Source: a virus
Strand: one strand, 5' to 3'
Length of the DNA: 23,133 nt
UHGV virus genome: UHGV-1818811
Below the pieces are notes generated by a model. That model made no database searches. It had not been told where the DNA came from and was given only the letters and a program-made list of their open reading frames with translations. Each line of letters begins with the position of its first letter. Within the stretch, counting starts at the first letter, position 1. Positions 17,327 through 23,133 of the stretch are shown one piece after another. A program made the translations under genes and the position numbers.

Positions 17327-17887
17327 TCAGGAAGGAAGGGTTATTTCGGTGTGATGTTCGATATCGCCGTCAGGCCCGTTACCGGGCTCGAGATAATCAA
17401 CATCAATCGCCAGCGTTTGCAGTTCATCCAGACTGTTCAGATCATCCTGCTGGCGGGTATCGTCTTCAGTCAGCTCGCTGATGACCGAAAAATCGAACTG
17501 ATAAATCAGCTCATGACGATTCAGATCCAGCAGCGTGCCGCCGTCATAGGTAATCGGGTTACCGCACGCCTCCGGGTTCCAGCCCAGCAGAGCCTTAAAG
17601 AGCATCTGCCGGACATCGTCCACCACATCATACGAGGCAAACTGACCGCGCTCATCACGCCCGTTACTCAGTATGACAACCACGGAGAAACCCTCTTTCA
17701 GCTCCTGCCAGTAGTCGGTCTGGCTTTTGTTTTCTCCCGGAGAATCATCACCCGGTACAACATATGCCGCCGGGAGTTTCAGCTTTCCGACCTCCGGCAG
17801 ATTTTTGAACTGGGCCGCGCCTGCAACCCGGTTTTCAAAATACGGACAGCGGGCACGCAGTGCAGCAATAACAGGCGTCAGTTTCAT
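17327..17887 (-). CDS. Mu gp37-like tail completion / neck protein
   Basis: 186 aa; synteny between the gp10-like gene and the sheath. Confidence 0.7.
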   Translation of the reverse strand: MKLTPVIAALRARCPYFENRVAGAAQFKNLPEVGKLKLPAAYVVPGDDSPGENKSQTDYWQELKEGFSVVVILSNGRDERGQFASYDVVDDVRQMLFKALLGWNPEACGNPITYDGGTLLDLNRHELIYQFDFSVISELTEDDTRQQDDLNSLDELQTLAIDVDYLEPGNGPDGDIEHHTEITLPS

Positions 17888-18390
17888 CTGTATCGTCGCT
17901 CCGGCTTCAGTGATTTACGCAATTCCCGCGCCAGAAAATAGCGTGTCCAGCTGCGGTTCTTTTCAAGCGTTTCCACCATAAAGTTATTACGTGGAGCCAG
18001 TCGCCAGCCGCTGCCACCGGATGCACCACGATGATGGCTGCGACGACGCTTTGCTCCTCCCCGGACACCAAAAAACAGAAACGCCGGATAGAAGTCACCA
18101 GAGATCATCCGGTTCCCCTTCCCGTTGCGCTGGTTAGGGGCAATGCGTGTCATAAAACCGGCTCGCTTTTTACTGGCTCTCGGCACCATGTAACCAATCG
18201 AACAAGCCAGGCGTCCGGTCTGATAACCGGGGTTTTCACCCGGTGCCGACCGCGCACGGCGCATCACCAGCCGACGGGCATCACGCATATGACGCTGCCC
18301 AATCGTGACAAACGCCCGCCGGACACGGGCACGGTTAAAGCGCATCTCCGCGGGCTGCTGAACATCAACGTGAAAAAAGGGAGTCGCCAT
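17884..18390 (-). CDS. HK97 gp10-like virion morphogenesis / tail-attachment protein
   Basis: 168 aa, strongly basic (Arg-rich); position after the head-closure gene. Confidence 0.7.
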   Translation of the reverse strand: MATPFFHVDVQQPAEMRFNRARVRRAFVTIGQRHMRDARRLVMRRARSAPGENPGYQTGRLACSIGYMVPRASKKRAGFMTRIAPNQRNGKGNRMISGDFYPAFLFFGVRGGAKRRRSHHRGASGGSGWRLAPRNNFMVETLEKNRSWTRYFLARELRKSLKPERRYR

Positions 18391-18775
18391 TGCTGCCTCC
18401 GTGACTCTGCCTACATTCGCCCAGTTCCGTACACTCCAGCAGCAGAAAGCGCCGCGCCCCGTTCAGATCGCGCTGACGTTTCACCCGGTACACACTGTCA
18501 CCGCAGACCACCTCATAATCAGCGGTGATCCCCCGGCGGTAGCGAATGGTGATGTAATGGGTGATGGCGTCCCCGGTCTGCGCGGTTTCCTGCCAGGTGG
18601 TGGCACTGGTCTGGATAACCTTCGCCCATGTCCGGAACGTAACCGGGTATTGAGGCTCCACGCCAAAGTTATCCGCGGGCATATCCACCCGCTGGCGGAT
18701 CAGGACGCGTTTATTCAGTTCACCGGGGTCCGGCAGAATGTAGGTTGCGCTGGTCTGCGCCTGACGAATTTTCAT
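18365..18775 (-). CDS. Head closure / head-tail adaptor protein
   Basis: 136 aa; position directly after the gp6-like connector gene. Confidence 0.7.
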   Translation of the reverse strand: MKIRQAQTSATYILPDPGELNKRVLIRQRVDMPADNFGVEPQYPVTFRTWAKVIQTSATTWQETAQTGDAITHYITIRYRRGITADYEVVCGDSVYRVKRQRDLNGARRFLLLECTELGECRQSHGGSNGDSLFSR

Positions 18776-19095
18776 TGCGGAAAGTACCTGTACGGGCCGA
18801 CAAGCCAGCCAAAACTCTGCGGCATGTCGAGTTTCTCCACTTCCGTAACCGACGAGCGGTTTTCGTAAAAATGGCTGATAAGCATCAGCATCCCCAGACG
18901 AATATCATCCGACAGGTGCAGCCCGTCCGGATCGCTGTCCGGAATGGTTTCATCCGGTGCATAGAGCTTCCGGTTCAGATACGTTTCCGTCCGCTTTTGT
19001 GCCGCACAGGCCAGCAGTTGCAGATGGCGGTCATCAGCATCGTAATCCTCATCCAGCCGGAGTTGGGCTTTAATCTCTTCCATTGTCAGAAGCAT
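18772..19095 (-). CDS. Head-tail connector (gp6-like) protein
   Basis: 107 aa; MLLTMEEIKAQLRLDEDYDADD... is typical of gp6-like connector / DNA-packaging proteins; first gene after the capsid. Confidence 0.75.
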   Translation of the reverse strand: MLLTMEEIKAQLRLDEDYDADDRHLQLLACAAQKRTETYLNRKLYAPDETIPDSDPDGLHLSDDIRLGMLMLISHFYENRSSVTEVEKLDMPQSFGWLVGPYRYFPQ

Positions 19096-19320
19096 ACTCA
19101 GACCTCTTTACTGGTCGTGGCTTTTTTCTCTTTTGCCGCTTTACTGCTTTTTGCACTGGTTCCGCGCTCTGCTAACCCGGCCTGAAGTGCAATCTCCTAC
19201 ACCCGGGCAGGAAGCGCCCCGTCGTCATACTCACCGGCCCGAATGACCTCAACACGCATACCGTCCGGTGACCATTTCAGATCTTGTTTCAGGATCATGA
19301 TTCTTCACCCGTCAGAACAG

Positions 19321-19340
19321 GGGGCGCGGTTCCGCGCCCC
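19321..19340 (-). terminator. GC-rich hairpin immediately downstream of the major capsid gene (possible attenuator or partial terminator)
   Basis: GGGGCGCGG-TT-CCGCGCCCC palindrome 8 nt after the capsid stop; no clear U-run, so at most a partial terminator or RNA-stability element. Confidence 0.35.
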
Positions 19341-19347
19341 TGAGTGA

Positions 19348-20553
19348 TTACGCCGCTGCAATCTTCAGCAGTTTGATGGCCTGCGAATCGACCAGCATCC
19401 CGCCGGTGCGCTTGGTGGTATAAAAACCGACAAACGGTTTATTGGTGTACGGGTCACGCAGAATGCGGGTGCCGATACGGTCAACGATGGTGTAACCCCG
19501 TTTGAAGTTACCAAATGCAATGGCTTTCGCATCAGCGGCGATATCCGGCATCTGTTCGTTTTCAGCGATACCGTAACCCGCCAGAGAGGACGGCTGCCCC
19601 AGTTCCAGCCCAGGACGCCACAGATAGTTACCCTCGGTGTCTTTCAGCAGACGGATGGCAAACAGGCTGTTGTTGTTCATCATGAACTTCGCGCCAGTGC
19701 GGTGTGCCTTACGCAGCGTGTAAATCAGTTTGATAATGGCGTCTGCGGTCACCGCGGTCGCTTCGCCGGATACAATATGCTGAAGTTTGCCGAACGCCCG
19801 GACCTTGTCGGTTTCATCAGTGGATTCATACGCCAGGAACCCTTTCGGCTTCTTGGTGCCATCGCCTGAGGTAAAGGCAATTTCTTCCTGTTCGGCAAAT
19901 TCGGTTGCCAGCTCGCTGTTGATCCATGCTTCCACGTTGAAAAAGGCATCATCCAGCATTTTCTGGGTGGCCTGCGGGTTACCGTAGATTTCCCCCATGA
20001 AAGGTTCAATCAGACCCAGTTTTGAGGTGGCAGTCTGGGAGCGCGCGTCAGTCTCGCCAACCCATCCGGAAGCCGTGCCGCCCAGATTCACCAGTTTTTT
20101 GTAGTCGGAACCACCAATGGTGATCACCGTGGCTTCCTGGCGCATCACCACTTCATCTTTCAGCAGGGTGAGAATGTTGCGATCCAGTGCTTCCGGCACG
20201 GCATAGCCGCCGTCTTCATCGGTGCCCACCTGCAATGCCTTGCGCTCCAGATCGCGCAGACCATCTTCACGGCCTTTACGCAGGAAGCCCACAAACGCTT
20301 CTTTATGCTCGGTGGTCAGTTTATTTTGCGCACCACCTGCCGGACGTTTCAGCTCAAGCAGCTCTTTTTCAAGATCGCTTTTGAGGTTTTCCAGCTCGCT
20401 GAGTTTTCCGTTCAGGGTTTCCACCTGCCCGGCAAGCTTGCCTTTTTCCTGCTCAATCGCATCCACGCGCTTGTCGTTCTTTGCTTTGAAGTCGTCAAAC
20501 TTCTGCTGCAGCTCCTGCGCGACCTGTTCGACATCTTTAATATCAACCGCCAT
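19348..20553 (-). CDS. Major capsid protein, HK97 family, with N-terminal coiled-coil delta/scaffold domain
   Basis: 401 aa; first ~100 aa helical and charged (delta-domain-like); C-terminal region typical of HK97-fold capsid proteins; follows the prohead protease. Confidence 0.9.
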   Translation of the reverse strand: MAVDIKDVEQVAQELQQKFDDFKAKNDKRVDAIEQEKGKLAGQVETLNGKLSELENLKSDLEKELLELKRPAGGAQNKLTTEHKEAFVGFLRKGREDGLRDLERKALQVGTDEDGGYAVPEALDRNILTLLKDEVVMRQEATVITIGGSDYKKLVNLGGTASGWVGETDARSQTATSKLGLIEPFMGEIYGNPQATQKMLDDAFFNVEAWINSELATEFAEQEEIAFTSGDGTKKPKGFLAYESTDETDKVRAFGKLQHIVSGEATAVTADAIIKLIYTLRKAHRTGAKFMMNNNSLFAIRLLKDTEGNYLWRPGLELGQPSSLAGYGIAENEQMPDIAADAKAIAFGNFKRGYTIVDRIGTRILRDPYTNKPFVGFYTTKRTGGMLVDSQAIKLLKIAAA

Positions 20554-20567
20554 CGTATTTCTCCTGA

Positions 20568-21254
20568 TTAGAAGTTCAGATTTTTCAGTGCATTCAGTGC
20601 AGAGCCCACATCCTCAGCGTCGCGCAGAGACAGTGCGCCATAGCCCCCGGCCATGAATGCTTTGGCCTGGGTACGGGAGAGTCCGACATCACGCAGGACT
20701 CTTTCGATTTTTTTCTGTTCGGGGATTTCCCCGCGGGCCAGCGCGTTCTTGACGTCGCTGATCCGCGCCTCGTCGTTAGACGGAAACGTCACCAGACTGA
20801 CTTCCCAGAGGTCGATTTCTTTCAGCAGAAAGGCTTCTTTGCTCCGGTCGTATTCCCAGTCTTTCAGGACGTACCCAATAGAAAGGCCGGTTAACGAACC
20901 GGCCTTCATATGTGCATGTGCGCGTTTTGCCAGGGGATCATCATCAATAAGCAACCGACCCCTGACGTAAAGCCCGACATCGTCTTCCTTCATTTCGGTG
21001 TAAACACCGATGGGCTCATCCATGCGGTGCTGCCAGAGCAGCGCAGGTAACGCTTTTCTGTCACTCCACGCCCGCAGGGAAGCAGCAAATGCCCCGGACA
21101 TCACCACATCATCGTGGCTGTCCTTTACACCAAAGACGGAGCCATACCCTTCAAACTCACCGGAGTCACTGACAGATTTCAGACTCAGCGGTACATCAAG
21201 ACGTTGTTTCGTCTGCATTGGCGTTATCCTTCTGCTTACCGGCTTTACTGCCAT
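20568..21254 (-). CDS. Prohead maturation protease (HK97 family)
   Basis: GEFEGYGSVFGVKDSHDDVVMSGAF motif typical of HK97-type prohead proteases. Start may be the internal Met at 21218, which reduces the overlap with the portal gene. Confidence 0.9.
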   Translation of the reverse strand: MAVKPVSRRITPMQTKQRLDVPLSLKSVSDSGEFEGYGSVFGVKDSHDDVVMSGAFAASLRAWSDRKALPALLWQHRMDEPIGVYTEMKEDDVGLYVRGRLLIDDDPLAKRAHAHMKAGSLTGLSIGYVLKDWEYDRSKEAFLLKEIDLWEVSLVTFPSNDEARISDVKNALARGEIPEQKKIERVLRDVGLSRTQAKAFMAGGYGALSLRDAEDVGSALNALKNLNF

Positions 21255-22437
21255 CGGAGGGTTTCGTGGTCATGTTCATCGGGGTGAGATAGACATCACC
21301 ACCGGGACGCGGATTCATATCTTCCAGGTCGCGGCAGTCATTAGGAGAGTAAATTCCCCAGTTAATCCCGGTGGCGTAGGCTTCAAAACGGGACTTCATA
21401 TCCCCGCGCAGTAACGCCCCGGCGTTAAATTTGGCGTAATAAACGCCCTGCTTACTTTTTCGTACCAGTCCGGTGTTGATCCGCTGCTCAATGCGGGTCA
21501 GATACGGCACCAGTGAATAGTTGATAAATCCCAGCCCCAGCTCTTCGATATTGTTGAAGGTGGCGCGATCGGTGTTCTGCACCATGTGCAATGGCACCCG
21601 GAACAGACGACAGATTTCTTCAAGCTGAAACTTGCGGGTTTCCAGGAACTGGCTGTCCTCGGCGTTCAGCGCCATCGACTTCCAGTCCAGCCCCATCTCA
21701 AGGATCATCGGGCGGTGAGCATTGCCAAGCCCGGTGTGACGCTCCTCAAAATCTTTCTTCAGGCGCTCATAAGCCTGATCCGACAGCGTCTGCTCTGTAC
21801 GCAACACACCGGACGTCACCGCACCATTGCTGAACAGTCTGGCCCCGTGCTCTTCGGTCGCAGCTGCCAGCGATATTGCCTCGCGGGCATAGGCGATGGG
21901 ATTCAGCCCCACCAGTCCGTCCAGCGTCAGCGTGCGCACATGCCAGATATCTTCCTGGCTCAGTACATCCGTGGAGCCGTCCGGGAATGTGACCTGATAG
22001 ACCGGCTCCCAGCTACTGTTAAGCTTCGGTACCACACAACCGGGATCGACGGGCAGCAGTTCAGCCACTTCGCCAAATGCTTTCACTTTGTAGGCGTAAA
22101 AGTTGCCCCGCAGGCACAGACAGGTGACCACCAGCTCCCAGAACTCCTGCGGCGTCATATAGCCATTGGGATGCGTGGAGATCAGCTTATGCAGACGTTC
22201 GCCGGTGGCTCTCTGTTTCAGGCTGCCGTTCAGGTGATACAGATTGCAGGGCAACATCCCGACCGACTCTGCCAGCACCCTGACGCAGGAAAAAACCGCC
22301 GTCAGTCGCATGGCCCGCTGGCTGCTGATCTGCTTTCCGGTATAGGTGTCATACGACAACCCGATGGCATCCGCCAGCTCTGCTGGCGTGGTCACCGGTG
22401 CGTCACTTTTTCGTTGAAATAATCCCGAAAAGAACAC
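21196..22437 (-). CDS. Portal protein (HK97 family)
   Basis: 413 aa; position between terminase and protease; sequence character consistent with HK97-type portals. Confidence 0.9.
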   Translation of the reverse strand: MFFSGLFQRKSDAPVTTPAELADAIGLSYDTYTGKQISSQRAMRLTAVFSCVRVLAESVGMLPCNLYHLNGSLKQRATGERLHKLISTHPNGYMTPQEFWELVVTCLCLRGNFYAYKVKAFGEVAELLPVDPGCVVPKLNSSWEPVYQVTFPDGSTDVLSQEDIWHVRTLTLDGLVGLNPIAYAREAISLAAATEEHGARLFSNGAVTSGVLRTEQTLSDQAYERLKKDFEERHTGLGNAHRPMILEMGLDWKSMALNAEDSQFLETRKFQLEEICRLFRVPLHMVQNTDRATFNNIEELGLGFINYSLVPYLTRIEQRINTGLVRKSKQGVYYAKFNAGALLRGDMKSRFEAYATGINWGIYSPNDCRDLEDMNPRPGGDVYLTPMNMTTKPSDGSKAGKQKDNANADETTS

Positions 22438-22619
22438 TATTTACCTCCACCAACAGACAGCTGTGTACGGTCGAGATATCGCGCCACCAGCCACGACCAG
22501 AACAGGCACAACGCCCCGGCAACAACAAACCCCGCCGGGGGATAAATCAGCCAGGCACCATACGCCAGCAAAAGCGCCCCCAGCACGCCTACCAGAGGCG
22601 CGAGAATCAGCATGATCAT
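22437..22619 (-). CDS. Small two-helix membrane protein between terminase and portal
   Basis: 60 aa, two hydrophobic segments ([26 protein letters not shown]..., ...[17 protein letters not shown]); end abuts the portal start. Confidence 0.55.
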   Translation of the reverse strand: MIMLILAPLVGVLGALLLAYGAWLIYPPAGFVVAGALCLFWSWLVARYLDRTQLSVGGGK

Positions 22620-22630
22620 AATTACCTCAG

Positions 22631-23133
22631 TTAAAGCGAGCGGATCCCGTAGGACTCAATGTGGTCAGACAGCGTGTCTTCTTTCTCGTACAGCATGGCT
22701 CTGCCAACCGCCATAATCAGCGCAACTGCACCATCGATTTTGTTTTCCGCCTGCTCTTTGACGGGCTTCACCACATCATCGTTACCCGGAATGGTTTTGC
22801 CGACCACGTTGCCGATACACCAGGTCATGATGGGATTGCCATCATGATGAAAGCGCCCCGATTCAATTGCCGCTTCCAGCTCTTTCATCGGGTCGGACAT
22901 GTTGGTGTAGTTCTGAATGATAGTGATGGGGTTCAGGTCTTCATCAGCAAGGTCATGTGAGAGCCCGGTCGCTCCGAAAGGGTCGATGGGTGACTCACTG
23001 ACCGGGCTGATTTTGTTCGCCGCTTTGGCCTCTTCGAGGATGTAGCGATAATCCACCTCTGCACCATCGGTAACGGTCAGAACGCCCATTTCCACCCATT
23101 TCTGAAAGCGTTCGGCTGTCCGTCGATCTTCAT
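22631..23133 (-). CDS. Terminase large subunit, C-terminal (nuclease) part; gene continues beyond the window edge
   Basis: Frame is open to position 23133. C-terminal sequence ...[15 protein letters not shown]... is typical of TerL nuclease domains. The ORF-track start at 23095 is a GTG inside the real gene. Confidence 0.85.
   Translation of the reverse strand, partial: EDRRTAERFQKWVEMGVLTVTDGAEVDYRYILEEAKAANKISPVSESPIDPFGATGLSHDLADEDLNPITIIQNYTNMSDPMKELEAAIESGRFHHDGNPIMTWCIGNVVGKTIPGNDDVVKPVKEQAENKIDGAVALIMAVGRAMLYEKEDTLSDHIESYGIRSL

Noticed and set aside
5300-23000. Many plus-strand ORFs of 60-280 aa (e.g. 21586..22422, 17351..17941, 18031..18528, 18401..18868, 9114..9572, 11302..11799, 13574..14196)
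   Set aside because: They lie antisense to, and fully inside, well-supported minus-strand structural genes in GC-rich DNA. Their translations are low-complexity (Arg/Pro/Ser/Gly-rich) with no motifs. Typical shadow ORFs.
1-23133. CRISPR arrays, IS elements or rRNA genes
   Set aside because: No regularly spaced direct repeats, no terminal inverted repeats flanking a transposase-like ORF, and no rRNA-like sequence were seen on reading the window.

Overview
This window is the tRNA-proximal end of an integrated temperate phage of the enterobacterial mosaic type: an HK97-like head module joined to a Mu-like contractile tail, in an SfV/e14-like gene order. Almost all phage genes lie on the minus strand. 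From right to left: partial large terminase, small membrane protein, portal, prohead protease, major capsid, head-tail connector and closure proteins, Mu gp37-like protein, sheath, tube, frameshifted tail chaperone, tape measure, DNA-circulation protein, baseplate hub, spike, gp46-like and J-like proteins, a YmfQ-like protein, tail fibre and Tfa, then a Gin/Pin-type invertible tail-fibre segment and its serine invertase. Left of the invertase (172-4726) is a cargo region bounded by a 45-nt tRNA-Thr 3' fragment (att repeat). It carries a 917-aa PHP phosphoesterase / ABC-type ATPase fusion (a Ppl-like single-gene defence candidate), a degraded tyrosine-recombinase remnant, and an AT-rich islet encoding a small PD-(D/E)xK (NERD-like) nuclease I cannot place in a named family; this last gene is the best candidate for an undescribed system. 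A second AT-rich moron (membrane-anchored 148-aa protein with its own terminator) sits antisense between the tape-measure and DNA-circulation genes. No rRNA, intact tRNA, CRISPR array or IS element was seen. All calls come from reading the sequence and the ORF translations; no searches or computations were run, and family names are from recollection of motifs.
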